Positions 19,347 to 29,185 of a stretch of DNA of 64,000 nucleotides are shown in pieces (positions within the stretch are counted from its first letter, which is position 1; every line of letters starts with the position of its first letter). Source of the stretch: Ignavibacteriota bacterium (lineage in GTDB: Bacteria; Bacteroidota; Ignavibacteria; Palsa-1295); contig CAWCCK010000022.1 in the NCBI GenBank assembly GCA_963794025.1, positions 120,937 through 184,936 of the forward strand. The letters run 5' to 3'. Both the position numbers and the translations under genes were made by a program. The notes below the pieces were generated by a model, which saw only the letters and a list, made by a program, of their open reading frames with translations, searched no databases and was not told the origin of the DNA.

Positions 19347-19835
19347 TTAGGCTTCCAATTTTACGGCAAGCACGGCTTTTGTTTGCGTTTCGCGATAGAC
19401 TTGCAGCTTATCGCGCAGCTTGATATCGCTCAGCGCCAAAATTCCAACGGCGAGCAGTGCTGCATTTTTCGCTCCGGCTTTACCGATAGCAAGCGTACCG
19501 ACGGGAATTCCGCCCGGCATTTGCACCGTCGAAAGCAGCGAATCCATCCCCTTGAGAGCAGGCGATTCGATGGGAACTCCGAGCACGGGAAGGATGGTCT
19601 GCGCGGCAAGTACACCGGCGAGATGCGCCGCGCCGCCAGCCGCGCCGATAATGATCTTCAGTCCGCGCTTTTGTGCTTTCGTTGCGTATTCGGTAACCGC
19701 CGCAGGCGCGCGGTGCGCCGAAAGCACCTTGTACTCATGCGCTACGCCGAATTCTTCTAAAATTTTGTGGGACTCGCGCATCGTATCCCAATCCGACGCG
19801 CTTCCCATGATTATACCGACAATAGGTTTTGCCAT
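19347..19835 (-). CDS. purE: N5-carboxyaminoimidazole ribonucleotide mutase.
   Basis: Motifs VGIIMGSASDW, SAHRAP, IIIGAAGGAAHLAGV and VLGVP; 162 aa. Confidence 0.9.
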   Translation of the reverse strand: MAKPIVGIIMGSASDWDTMRESHKILEEFGVAHEYKVLSAHRAPAAVTEYATKAQKRGLKIIIGAAGGAAHLAGVLAAQTILPVLGVPIESPALKGMDSLLSTVQMPGGIPVGTLAIGKAGAKNAALLAVGILALSDIKLRDKLQVYRETQTKAVLAVKLEA

Positions 19836-19932
19836 TGATTAATTTTTAGAGTGAAGTGCGCTAAACAGCGCGAGAGATGGCGTGGTTTCTATGGAAAATT
19901 CAAAATGAGAGCAATGCATTCTCACAAAATTA

Positions 19933-20229
19933 TTACTCGATTTGTCTCTCAATCCAATATCTGGGTTTCCTGGATTGATGCTCGACGGCAACGACATGGA
20001 CTTCGTCGTTTCTTATGCGATACACAACAGAAAATGGAAATCGTTTAAGCAGCCTAACACGCGCATCATCAATGACGACTGGATACCGCTCAGGATAAAA
20101 GCTAATGGCATCGAAAGCTTCTTCTACTTCACGGATAAATCGCTCGGCGTTTCGAGGGCTATCCTCAGCATAGAAATCCACGGAATGTAAAAACTCCGCT
20201 TCAGCTTCGGGATGAACGCGAATCCTCAC
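19933..20229 (-). CDS. RelE/ParE-family type II toxin.
   Basis: 98 aa; the segment RFPFSVVYRIRNDEVHVVAVEHQSR is the typical RelE/ParE C-terminus. It overlaps the upstream antitoxin ORF by 4 nt. Confidence 0.65.
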   Translation of the reverse strand: MRIRVHPEAEAEFLHSVDFYAEDSPRNAERFIREVEEAFDAISFYPERYPVVIDDARVRLLKRFPFSVVYRIRNDEVHVVAVEHQSRKPRYWIERQIE

Positions 20230-20453
20230 GCGCGAAGGCGTGCTCTTGCGTCTCGAATGACGTCGCTTGCGTCGCGCATTTGAACGTTACCGGTTTCGAT
20301 CTCTTCGATTCGTCGCCGAATTTCTTCGCGCCATGCGGCCTCATGCTCGGGCATTTTATTATTGTTTCCAACAATCTTTTCTGCGATGAGCATCTGACTC
20401 GATGGATCGAGAGAAAGCACCTCGTCAATTACCTCTTCAAATTGTCTGTCCAT
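20226..20453 (-). CDS. Putative addiction-module antitoxin partner of the ParE-like toxin.
   Basis: 75-aa charged helical protein immediately upstream of the toxin with a 4-nt overlap. Confidence 0.5.
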   Translation of the reverse strand: MDRQFEEVIDEVLSLDPSSQMLIAEKIVGNNNKMPEHEAAWREEIRRRIEEIETGNVQMRDASDVIRDARARLRA

Positions 20454-20513
20454 GAAATTCTAACCGGAATTAGATGGGTATAAGTGCCCGATAGCTGTTG
20501 TGAATATAACTGC

Positions 20514-21116
20514 TCACTTCTGTATGATTACGTTATAGAATCGTTCACCATTAGGAAAATCTTCCAGTTCTTCCCAAAGTAATTCAAATCCTATATTCCG
20601 TAACATAGACCGATATTCTTCAGGGCCGAAGTGCGACCAATACATTGTGACACCTTTCCACTCATGAATGATACTTTCTTCGGATTTTGCACCGAGAGTA
20701 AGGAAAGCTACTCCGGAAGCTTTGAGCCATTTCCATATATTCCTGAACAGCTTTTCTTGTTCTGATTGTGGAATATGAATGATTGCGAATGTACTCACAA
20801 TAAGATCGAAACTTGCTTCGTCGAACTGGCATTCCGCCATGTCGCCTCTAATGAAATCACCTTGAGGAAGTTGTCTGCGCGCTATCTCGATCATTTGTTC
20901 GGAAACATCGACGCCAGTAACTTGAAAGCCCTTTCGTGCGAAGTATCCAGTTACAGGTTCCCCACCTCCACAACCTAAATCGAGCATTTTTCCAGACTGC
21001 GGGAAAAATTGTGAAAGAGAATCGAAATATTCGCTCACTACCTCTTTTCGAGTGAGTCTATTGGAATTATATTCAGCAGCAATTTTATCGTAGCCTTTCT
21101 CGACAATTTCTTTCAT
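20514..21116 (-). CDS. Class I SAM-dependent methyltransferase.
   Basis: Motif I MLDLGCGGGEPV; 200 aa. Confidence 0.7.
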   Translation of the reverse strand: MKEIVEKGYDKIAAEYNSNRLTRKEVVSEYFDSLSQFFPQSGKMLDLGCGGGEPVTGYFARKGFQVTGVDVSEQMIEIARRQLPQGDFIRGDMAECQFDEASFDLIVSTFAIIHIPQSEQEKLFRNIWKWLKASGVAFLTLGAKSEESIIHEWKGVTMYWSHFGPEEYRSMLRNIGFELLWEELEDFPNGERFYNVIIQK

Positions 21117-21117
21117 G

Positions 21118-22095
21118 CTACCACCCTGCCGCCTTCAACTCCGCTCTCACACGAAGTGAATTTACAAGATCGGTAACCCGCTCGATCTTCTGCGTAAGCA
21201 TAAATTCAGCGAGACCTTCGGCTACGCGAACGCCGGCATCGGGATAGACGAAATTTGCGGTTCCCACTTGCACCATATCAGCCCCGGCAATGAAAAATTC
21301 CACCGCATCTTCGGCTGTAACGATTCCACCCATGCCAATGACGGGAATGTTGCACGCCTTTCGCGCCTGATACACCTGCGCCAGCGCGATCGGCTTTATC
21401 GCAGGGCCGGATAAGCCTCCTGTTACAGTATTCAATCGCGGTTCCCGCGTGTAAATATCGATCGACATACCGACGAGCGTATTAATAAGGCTGACAGCAT
21501 CAGCGCCCGCGCGCTCGCAGGCTTGCGCGAACGGCGCTACGCTTGTGACGTTCGGCGTGAGCTTTATCATCAGAATGCGATCGGTCGAAGCGCGGAGAAG
21601 CTGCGTCAGTTCTTCCGTTCGTTCTACATTCGTTCCGAAAGAAAGTCCGCCATCTTTTACATTCGGGCAGCTAATGTTAATTTCATATCCTGCGAGATTC
21701 TCGACCGCGTTTGCTTCGATATGTTCGAGCACATCGCGGTATTCTTCCATCGAAGATGCCGCAATGTTCGCGATGATCTTCGTATCGAACTGCGCGAGAT
21801 AGGGTAACTTTTCTTTGACGAACGTATGCACGCCGACATTCGCAAGTCCGATGGAATTCAGCATTCCGCTCGCCGTTTCAATAATACGGTGCGGCGGATT
21901 ACCCATGCGCGGTTTCCAGCTTACGGATTTGGTAACGATTCCGCCTAACTGTTCGATGTCGCACCATTGCTTGGCCTCCGCGCCATAGCCGAAGGTTCCG
22001 CTCGCAACGAGAATGGGATTTTTGAATGTGACGTTGCCAAGTTTCACGCTAAGATCAGGCGTGGCTTTTCCGTTTATTGCAGCAGCGTTTTTCAT
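21118..22095 (-). CDS. pyrD: Dihydroorotate dehydrogenase catalytic subunit (class 1B). The start is taken at MKNAAA, giving an ATGA overlap with pyrK.
   Basis: Motifs NPILVASGTFGYG, GGIVTKSV, NISCPNVKDGG and GGIVTAEDA. The electron-transfer subunit gene is adjacent. Confidence 0.85.
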   Translation of the reverse strand: MKNAAAINGKATPDLSVKLGNVTFKNPILVASGTFGYGAEAKQWCDIEQLGGIVTKSVSWKPRMGNPPHRIIETASGMLNSIGLANVGVHTFVKEKLPYLAQFDTKIIANIAASSMEEYRDVLEHIEANAVENLAGYEINISCPNVKDGGLSFGTNVERTEELTQLLRASTDRILMIKLTPNVTSVAPFAQACERAGADAVSLINTLVGMSIDIYTREPRLNTVTGGLSGPAIKPIALAQVYQARKACNIPVIGMGGIVTAEDAVEFFIAGADMVQVGTANFVYPDAGVRVAEGLAEFMLTQKIERVTDLVNSLRVRAELKAAGW

Positions 22096-22910
22096 AATAC
22101 AATTTCCTTCGCATTGAACGATGGCCCATCGGTGCAGACAAGCTTGAACTTTCGCCCAGTCTGTTGAAAAACAGATTCTTCGTTGAGCACCGGGCATCCC
22201 TGACAGATCCCGATGCCACACGCCATTTCTGTTTCCAAGCTAAGTTCGCAGGGGATTCCGAACTCTGCCGCAAGCGATTGCGCTGCGCGCATCATGGCCG
22301 TTGGGCCGCACGCAAAAATTTTAGGTTTTTCTATACCGCCTGTTTCAAGAAAGGAGCGAAGCAGCATGACATTCGATCCGTGAAAACCTTCGGAACCATC
22401 ATCGGTGGCAATGTGAAGATTGGAAAGACGGTCTCGTGCAATAAGCGAAGCCGCGCGCGCTCCGTAAAATGTTTGGAACGGAATTTCTTCAAGTTCCAGC
22501 GCGCGCGTGAGCATGGGCATCGAAGCTACGCCAACGCCGCCGATCAGAAGAATCGCTGTTTCGTAATCGCCCGACTGATAGTTCCACGGTTTTCCCAGCG
22601 GGCCGAGCACATCGAGATATTCTCCTTCGCGCGTTTCAGCAAGAATTCCGGTTCCGCGCCCATGCGCTTGCACGATAATTTCTGCTTCGCTACCTTTCAC
22701 GGATGAGCGATCATCCGTGGACCAATATACAGAGAACGGTCGCCGGAGCATCGGATCTCCGAAGCCAAGTTTGGGCAGCACATTTACGAATTGTCCGGCG
22801 AGGGTTTCGCGCGCAACTCTTGGATTGTGAAATCGCAGGGTAACAAGTCCCGGCGCGATCACGCGCCGGTGAGTGACGAGGGAGCGTTCGGAAAGAAGTC
22901 GTTCTGGCAT
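22092..22910 (-). CDS. pyrK: Dihydroorotate dehydrogenase electron-transfer subunit (FAD/2Fe-2S).
   Basis: C-terminal cysteine cluster CGIGICQGC with FAD/NAD-binding-fold motifs, located upstream of pyrD. Confidence 0.8.
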   Translation of the reverse strand: MPERLLSERSLVTHRRVIAPGLVTLRFHNPRVARETLAGQFVNVLPKLGFGDPMLRRPFSVYWSTDDRSSVKGSEAEIIVQAHGRGTGILAETREGEYLDVLGPLGKPWNYQSGDYETAILLIGGVGVASMPMLTRALELEEIPFQTFYGARAASLIARDRLSNLHIATDDGSEGFHGSNVMLLRSFLETGGIEKPKIFACGPTAMMRAAQSLAAEFGIPCELSLETEMACGIGICQGCPVLNEESVFQQTGRKFKLVCTDGPSFNAKEIVL

Positions 22911-22914
22911 TACA

Positions 22915-25335
22915 TTAATGGGTTGTATCTGGAATGACCGGTCGCGGCGGTGGTAGTCGGTTTGGCGGTGGCGGAGGTGGCACGAATCCGGGCGGCATCG
23001 GAGGTGCGGGCGGGTTTACCGGCGGCTGCATTCCAGGCGTCCATTTGTTATTACCCTGATTTTGCTGCCCGGGCCGAAGCACCCGAGGCCCCGGCTGCTG
23101 CGTTTGATCTGGAGTTGCAGTGGTATCAGAGGTAGTCGTGGTTGTGGAATTAAGGCGTTGCAACGGCGGTGCATGTGGAAGCCCCGGAGTGTTTGCATCC
23201 GCAAGGCGTGGGCGCAAGGCAAGCGCATACGAAGAATAGGGATACTCTTTCAACACGCGATTGTAATACGCGAGCGCGCTATCGTATCGCGTAGCTTCTT
23301 CATAGCTCACGCCGAGCGCATAGAGCGAGCGCGGAGCAACGTCCTCTTCAGAAAAGTTCACCACGATATTGAGCATTGGCGGCTTTGCGGCATCCAGTCC
23401 ACTGGCTCGAAGCAATTGATACGCGCTGAGATACGCGAGTTCCCCCGGAGAATTTCGAGAGGTAGTAATATAGAGGATTCGCGCTTGCTCCGCATACATG
23501 GTTTGCCCATAATGCGAAAGCAATTCGTGCAACAGCGAATCCGCTACTGCTTGATTTTTCTCCTGCTGTTCGAGTTCCAACCAGGCATAGATCGTTTTTG
23601 CCCGAAGCGCGGTGCGGCCTGTATCCATCGGGCCAATGTTCATCGTGTCGGCCATTTGGTATTCCTGTCGCGCTTCCGGGATTTCACCGAAGGTTTCGTA
23701 GGCGCGTCCGAGCTGATAGTGTGCGGTTCCCGCGCGGAATTGCAAGCTATCGAGGAAGTGCACAGTATCGCCGATCACTAATTTTGCCGGAGCGTTTTTC
23801 TTCAATCGCAATTCGGTTTCTTTTACGCGGTCGGAATCCATCTTCGAGAGCGGCACCGGAAAATTCGGCTTCCAGCGCGTGCCAAGTACTTCCTTCAATG
23901 CCTTCAAATGGATCTCATCGTTGGTTTGGCCCGGAACTTTCACATCGCCGTGGATACGCGAGGGAGCTTTCGACCGGATGTTCGCTTCGAGCGTATCGAT
24001 ATGAACAAGTTCCTTATGCCACTCCGCATAACTTGCAAGCGAATTCGCGCGATCGGACACATACCCATTCATCGCCGACGAGGAAAAATCCTTCGTGCTG
24101 ATGAGCGTAGCCGCAAGGCGCGAAGCAGTATCGTACAGCCCCATTTCACGGAAGATTTCGGCCTGCCGGAACTTTGCGCGTGAGATCATGAGCGCGCTAG
24201 AATTTTTATAGGTGGTATCGATCAGGAAATACTCGTGCTGGATGGGCTGCGCGTAGGTATCGCGGAATGCCGTGGAGCGCAGATCGTTCTGAACGGCTTT
24301 GCGCGCCATCAGTTCATCGGTGTAGGTAAGCTCGTATCGTGCCGCCACAGCGGAGCCGCCGTATTTCACATGCGCGATGACGTAGGCGAGCTTCGTTTTT
24401 GCCGCATCTAAATTCCCTTCTTCGCGAAGCGCGAGCGCATCCGCAACGAGCGCTTCGCCGGCAAGCCAATCGTCGCTTGCAGATTGCGCAGCGAGCTGAA
24501 ATGCCGCTTCTGCCGATACCCAATCGCCATTCAAAAATTCCACAGCGCCTTCTTGATACGCAAGCCGCGCAAGCTCTTCGCCGGTGAGTCCGTTTTCCGC
24601 TTTATGCAGTTCGCTTGCGATCGCCGTGAGAGAATCCGGATTTTTCGCGTAGATCAGTTCCGCCATTGCGCGATGCATACTCGAAAGGGTTGCGAGGTCT
24701 TTGGAATTCGCCGCATCGGCGATCGCGCGTTCTAATGTGATCGACGCCGTATCGATGTCACGATTAACAAGCATCGATCGCGCAAGAAACACCTGCACCT
24801 GCTCGCCATATTTCGTCTGCGGATAATTCGCTAATAATTCCCGAAATTTTCGTTCCGCGCCGATGAAATCGTTCTTGTAAAACAGCGCTTTGCCGACAAG
24901 GAACAGCGCGTCCTCTTTGTATTTCGAAGCTTTTTTATCGGCCAATATCTTCGAGCCGAGAATGACGGCGGAATCGAGATGCACGTTGGTGATGAGCTTC
25001 GTCGCGCTAAGGGATTGCGAGAACGATGGTGTGATCGGCTCCGCGTGTCCCGCACGCAGCCCCACCTGACGCATGAGATATTCCTCGTCGAGCCAGCGAT
25101 GGTTCAGAATGGCAACGGCGCCGTTCGCATTTGGGGGAACGATGGCCCGCTGCTGGGCTTCATACGCATCGATGTGCGTTTGGGTAAGGTACAGTGTATT
25201 GAAATACGTCGAGAAATTGTGCCAAAATACGCAGCCCGAAAACGCGCTTCCGGCAGCAATAAAGGCCAGTGCGAGCGTACACGAGAGGATTATCTTTTGG
25301 CGGCGGAGCATCGTATTTTGGCTAACGCCCTGCAA
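22915..25335 (-). CDS. TPR-repeat protein with an N-terminal membrane anchor and a proline-rich C-terminal tail.
   Basis: 806 aa with repeated TPR-like helical pairs and C-terminal PPAPPMPPGFVPPPPPPNRLPPPRP. Many short overlapping antisense ORFs are judged spurious. Confidence 0.6.
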   Translation of the reverse strand: MQGVSQNTMLRRQKIILSCTLALAFIAAGSAFSGCVFWHNFSTYFNTLYLTQTHIDAYEAQQRAIVPPNANGAVAILNHRWLDEEYLMRQVGLRAGHAEPITPSFSQSLSATKLITNVHLDSAVILGSKILADKKASKYKEDALFLVGKALFYKNDFIGAERKFRELLANYPQTKYGEQVQVFLARSMLVNRDIDTASITLERAIADAANSKDLATLSSMHRAMAELIYAKNPDSLTAIASELHKAENGLTGEELARLAYQEGAVEFLNGDWVSAEAAFQLAAQSASDDWLAGEALVADALALREEGNLDAAKTKLAYVIAHVKYGGSAVAARYELTYTDELMARKAVQNDLRSTAFRDTYAQPIQHEYFLIDTTYKNSSALMISRAKFRQAEIFREMGLYDTASRLAATLISTKDFSSSAMNGYVSDRANSLASYAEWHKELVHIDTLEANIRSKAPSRIHGDVKVPGQTNDEIHLKALKEVLGTRWKPNFPVPLSKMDSDRVKETELRLKKNAPAKLVIGDTVHFLDSLQFRAGTAHYQLGRAYETFGEIPEARQEYQMADTMNIGPMDTGRTALRAKTIYAWLELEQQEKNQAVADSLLHELLSHYGQTMYAEQARILYITTSRNSPGELAYLSAYQLLRASGLDAAKPPMLNIVVNFSEEDVAPRSLYALGVSYEEATRYDSALAYYNRVLKEYPYSSYALALRPRLADANTPGLPHAPPLQRLNSTTTTTSDTTATPDQTQQPGPRVLRPGQQNQGNNKWTPGMQPPVNPPAPPMPPGFVPPPPPPNRLPPPRPVIPDTTH

Positions 25336-25439
25336 AATTACTTGGTTCGTGCAGGGGCGCGTCTGCTTCTCTACGGCGAATCTTCGTAATTGTTGTATTT
25401 TTGTAGCGAATAATTTCTACCCTGTTATTCGATAGAGAT

Positions 25440-28400
25440 TTGAACCCCAAAACACATTCCAACGAACTCCGCCTGTTCGTCTCCTCGACGTTCCGCGACC
25501 TCATGCCCGAACGCGAGCAGTTGGTGAAAAAAATCTTCCCGCGTATCCGCAAAGAGTGCCGCGAACGTGGCATCGAATTCACCGAAATTGACCTGCGCTG
25601 GGGAATAACCGAGGAAGAATCGCGCACCGGCAAAACCATTCGTATCTGCCTGGAAGAGATCGACCGCTGCCGACCGTATTTCATCGGAATTATCGGCTCG
25701 CGCTACGGATGGGTTCCCGGCATCACCGAGATCGAAAAAGACGAAGAAATGCTGAAAGAATTCCCGTGGCTCCGCGACTATGCCGCCAGCGATAAAAGCA
25801 TTATCGAAATGGAATTCGCGCATGGCGCGATCCTACGGAAAAACGACAGCGCGTTCTTTTATGAACAGGGGAACAACGATTCACAGTACTCAAATGACAA
25901 AATGGACTCAAATGACAAGTCCTTTCAGTCCATTTCGTCCCTTGAGTCCCTTAAACATACCCTTCAATCCACCGGAGTTCCCTATCGCCGCTTCACCGAT
26001 CCCGAAGAATTAGGCGAGCAGGTATTTCAGGACATCCTCACCATTCTCGACCGCGATTTTCCGCAAAAGAAAGAGATGACGCCGCTCGATCACGAACGCG
26101 CCGAGCACGAAGCGTATTCGCGGAACCGGCGGCAATCGTATGTTGCAAATCCGGAGTATTACGAGGCATTTGCAAAATATGTGGAGTCCGATGGCCCGCC
26201 GCTTATTATTTGGGGAAGATCGGGTTTGGGCAAGAGCGCGCTCATGGCGTATCTGGCGCATGAATATCAAACGCGGAACCCGAATGCCTTCGTCGTCCAG
26301 CATTTTATCGGCGCAGCCGAAGGCAGCGATCCCGAAGACGTGATGCGTCAGGTGATGATGGAAATAAAAGAACGCTATCAGCTTGCGGACACGATCCCCA
26401 CCGACGAAAACGCGCTCCGGGAAGAATTCCCAGTCTGGCTGGCGAAAGTAGGAGGGGATGGTCAGGCTGAAAGCACTGACCTACGCGTAGGTCGGCGCTT
26501 CCAGCCCGACACCCTCATCCTTTTGATCGATGCGCTCAACCAGCTTACAGGCATTGCGCCGGAAATGCACTGGCTGCCGGATTTCATTCCCGCGAATGTG
26601 CGCCTCATCGTTTCAACAACAACCGAGAGCCTTCCCCTTGCACAATTACGCGAGCGGAAGTGGAATGAATTGGAACTTCAGCCGCTAACCGAACAGCAGC
26701 GCGAAGCTATCGCGCAGGGTTTCCTGAATCGCTTTCACAAATCGCTGCCGCTGAGCGATCTGCACACGCTTTCGGCAAATCCCAAATCGTCGAGTCCGCT
26801 GTTTTTGCGGACGGTGCTGGAAGAGCTTCGCATTTTCGGGCATCACACTACGCTGCACGAAGAGCTTGAGGATTATTTAGCGAGCGCGGATGAAAGAGAA
26901 CTATTCCAGAAAGTGCTCGCCCGCATGGAGCGCGATCATGGCGAAGACGCCGTTCGTAATGTCATGACCGCCATCTGGGCGTCGCGGCACGGGCTGTCGG
27001 AATCCGAACTGATGCAGATCACCGGCAAGCCGCGCATGGAACTATCGGAACTTATGATCGCGATGGAATACCACCTCATGACCCGCGAAGGGTTCCATAC
27101 CTTCTTCCATAATTATTTGCGCGAAGCGGTGGAGATGCGCTACATGCCGGATGAAGTAGCGCGTAAAGCTGCACACGCGAAAATCGGGGAATATTTCTCC
27201 ACAAGAGAATATGGCCATCGACGAAGAGACGAAGAACCCTGGCAATGGACCGAGGCGGGTGAAAAAGAGAGGCTGATCGGATCGCTTGCCGATCTCGCTA
27301 TGCTAAATCTCTTCATACAAAGTCAGAGGACGCACGAGTTAGTTACCCATTGGGTGCATGCCGATATGGATCGTGTTGCAGGGAGTTATGCCGATTCTTA
27401 TGGCAAGTTACCGGATAATGTTGGCAATGCGGAGCGTCAAGAGCAACTGCGGAACATCGGCAAGATATTGCTGGCCGCTTCAAGGCCAATGGACGCGCAG
27501 GGGTACTTAGAGCGATCGCTTGAATTTACGCGAAAGATTCATGGAATTAAAAGCTTTCAAGCAGCGGAGGCGTTAGAAGATCTGGCTGAATTGCAATACG
27601 AACTTGCCGATTTCAATGGCGCAAAAAACTCACTGCAAGAAGCTGTTTCCATTCACGAAGAAGCGAATAGTTCACCGCTGAAAGTAGCGGCGCGCTATAG
27701 TTCCCTCGCTTCCGTTGCGTACCAGCAGCAACAGTATGAAGAGGGATTGATGTTTTGTAATAGTGCGCTTGCGGTTTTGCCCGAAGGCGGATGGGATGAA
27801 GACACATTGCGCGCTGATATTTTCACCAATATGAGCGGTTTGTATTACAGGCAAAAGAAATTGAATGAGGCAATTTCTGCTGCGGAACAGGCTGTTGAAG
27901 CTCAAAGAAATTTGCATGGCGATTCCGACAATCATACGCTGATCGCCATGAACAATCTCGCATCCATTCTCTCAGCAGCCGGTAGATATGTGGAATCGGA
28001 ACAATTGTTTCTATCCCTCATAGTAACCTTGAAAATGAATTTGGGGAAAACCCACCTTAATGTTGCTAGTGCGCTGAAAGGATTTGCTCTTGCTTTAGAA
28101 CGTGCCAATCAAATACCAAGAGCGAAGGCAGCAATTAAAGAAGCGTTAGCAATATTTCTCAAACATCTTCCATCCGATCATCCAGAACTGCTTTCTGGAC
28201 AATTGGCTGTAGGTGCCTATGAATTTCTGGAAGGCAATTTCAGTGAAGCGGAGAAAATATATCGACAATATGAACCACTTCGCGCCACCATTCTCGGCTT
28301 CACTCATCCCACTGTGCTGCGCGGCCGTGAGCGTTATATTGAAATACTTCTCGCTCTCGGCAAAAATAGAAGAAGCCTCCATGCTCAAATTGGAACTGGA

Positions 28401-28535
28401 GGCTGCTTTATAAAGACGATCAGAATTCAGAATAGAATCAAAACTACAAAAATGCTATCATCTTGTACTGCTGTCCGAAATCATTATAACAATCGAGACC
28501 GAAGCCCCGCCATTGGCAGCGTTCATGCTGGCTGA
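25440..28535 (+). CDS. TIR-like (DUF4062/STIR-type) - STAND P-loop NTPase (NACHT/NB-ARC-like) - TPR-repeat protein. This is a bacterial NLR-like candidate antiphage defence protein.
   Basis: The N-terminus RLFVSSTFRDL...ICLEEIDRC matches the TIR beta-strand and the S.WC..E catalytic-Glu motif. Walker A is GRSGLGKSALMAY and Walker B is TLILLIDALNQ. The C-terminal ~400 aa carry TPR_10/12-like repeats. An in-frame insertion of a palindromic repeat lies at 26460-26510. Confidence 0.7.
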   Translation: MNPKTHSNELRLFVSSTFRDLMPEREQLVKKIFPRIRKECRERGIEFTEIDLRWGITEEESRTGKTIRICLEEIDRCRPYFIGIIGSRYGWVPGITEIEKDEEMLKEFPWLRDYAASDKSIIEMEFAHGAILRKNDSAFFYEQGNNDSQYSNDKMDSNDKSFQSISSLESLKHTLQSTGVPYRRFTDPEELGEQVFQDILTILDRDFPQKKEMTPLDHERAEHEAYSRNRRQSYVANPEYYEAFAKYVESDGPPLIIWGRSGLGKSALMAYLAHEYQTRNPNAFVVQHFIGAAEGSDPEDVMRQVMMEIKERYQLADTIPTDENALREEFPVWLAKVGGDGQAESTDLRVGRRFQPDTLILLIDALNQLTGIAPEMHWLPDFIPANVRLIVSTTTESLPLAQLRERKWNELELQPLTEQQREAIAQGFLNRFHKSLPLSDLHTLSANPKSSSPLFLRTVLEELRIFGHHTTLHEELEDYLASADERELFQKVLARMERDHGEDAVRNVMTAIWASRHGLSESELMQITGKPRMELSELMIAMEYHLMTREGFHTFFHNYLREAVEMRYMPDEVARKAAHAKIGEYFSTREYGHRRRDEEPWQWTEAGEKERLIGSLADLAMLNLFIQSQRTHELVTHWVHADMDRVAGSYADSYGKLPDNVGNAERQEQLRNIGKILLAASRPMDAQGYLERSLEFTRKIHGIKSFQAAEALEDLAELQYELADFNGAKNSLQEAVSIHEEANSSPLKVAARYSSLASVAYQQQQYEEGLMFCNSALAVLPEGGWDEDTLRADIFTNMSGLYYRQKKLNEAISAAEQAVEAQRNLHGDSDNHTLIAMNNLASILSAAGRYVESEQLFLSLIVTLKMNLGKTHLNVASALKGFALALERANQIPRAKAAIKEALAIFLKHLPSDHPELLSGQLAVGAYEFLEGNFSEAEKIYRQYEPLRATILGFTHPTVLRGRERYIEILLALGKNRRSLHAQIGTGGCFIKTIRIQNRIKTTKMLSSCTAVRNHYNNRDRSPAIGSVHAG
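26460..26510. repeat. Inverted dimer of the 27-bp element (GGTCAGGCTGAAAGCACTGACCTACGCG / TAGGTCGGCGCTTCCAGCCCGAC), inserted in-frame inside the NLR-like gene.
   Basis: The right arm is the exact reverse complement of 3676-3702. It encodes GQAESTDLRVGRRFQPD, the same frame as the STDLR peptide from copy 32705-32731. Confidence 0.7.
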
Positions 28536-28964
28536 TATTGTGAATTGAGTATTAGTTGAGTTAGCTACAATGGAGGGTGGGATATCCCAACTCGAGAGCG
28601 AGTTATTGTAGATCGAAGTGCCAACAGTTCCAGGCGAGCCGGGCTGCGCAACCAATACCCATGTTTCGGTAACAGACGGCGCCGATTGAGAAAATGATAG
28701 TTCCAGGGTTGTGCCAACAGCAAGACCGCCCCAGCCCATGTCATCCCCACTTAGATTTGCAAGTGGAGTAGGTGCCCATGCCACAACAGGCTGCAAATAA
28801 GAAGTAGCGTCGTTGTTCAACGGCCCCTTGAATGTAATGGCGATATCGAGCGCGCAATTGAATGTTACATTCAGACACTGCGCCGAATTTCTTGCCCAGG
28901 GCGTCGCTGGTGGCTGCGCTGGTGTCATCAGCGCCACGTTGAGTGTAGGATTAGGAACTCCCAT
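28458..28964 (-). CDS. Hypothetical Ser/Thr/Asn/Ala-rich protein on the opposite strand, between the NLR-like gene and the SLOG gene.
   Basis: 168-aa ORF whose end overlaps the last 78 nt of the 25440 ORF. It has no recognisable motifs. Confidence 0.3.
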   Translation of the reverse strand: MGVPNPTLNVALMTPAQPPATPWARNSAQCLNVTFNCALDIAITFKGPLNNDATSYLQPVVAWAPTPLANLSGDDMGWGGLAVGTTLELSFSQSAPSVTETWVLVAQPGSPGTVGTSIYNNSLSSWDIPPSIVANSTNTQFTISASMNAANGGASVSIVIMISDSSTR

Positions 28965-29185
28965 GATAATAAATAAAGTTGATTGAAAAAGCCTTCCGGC
29001 GGATGGTTGAGAAAAACAACACGGTCCGCATCATCCGTCGTCGGGCTAAAAAAACACATTTTTCGCGAATCGCAGTACAAACATACGACATTTTTTCCCA
29101 TTCTGCAAGAAATCGGTTAATGACAATAATTCGGTAATTCATAAATGGCATAGTGGGGCTGAAAAGGGGCAGTCGATGAAATACC

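Noticed and set aside
28380-28425. Hairpin GAAGCCTCC...GGAGGCTGCTT near the end of the NLR-like ORF as an intragenic terminator marking the true gene end.
   Set aside because: It is not followed by a U-tract, and the ORF continues about 110 nt beyond it. It cannot be decided from sequence alone, so it is not annotated as a terminator.
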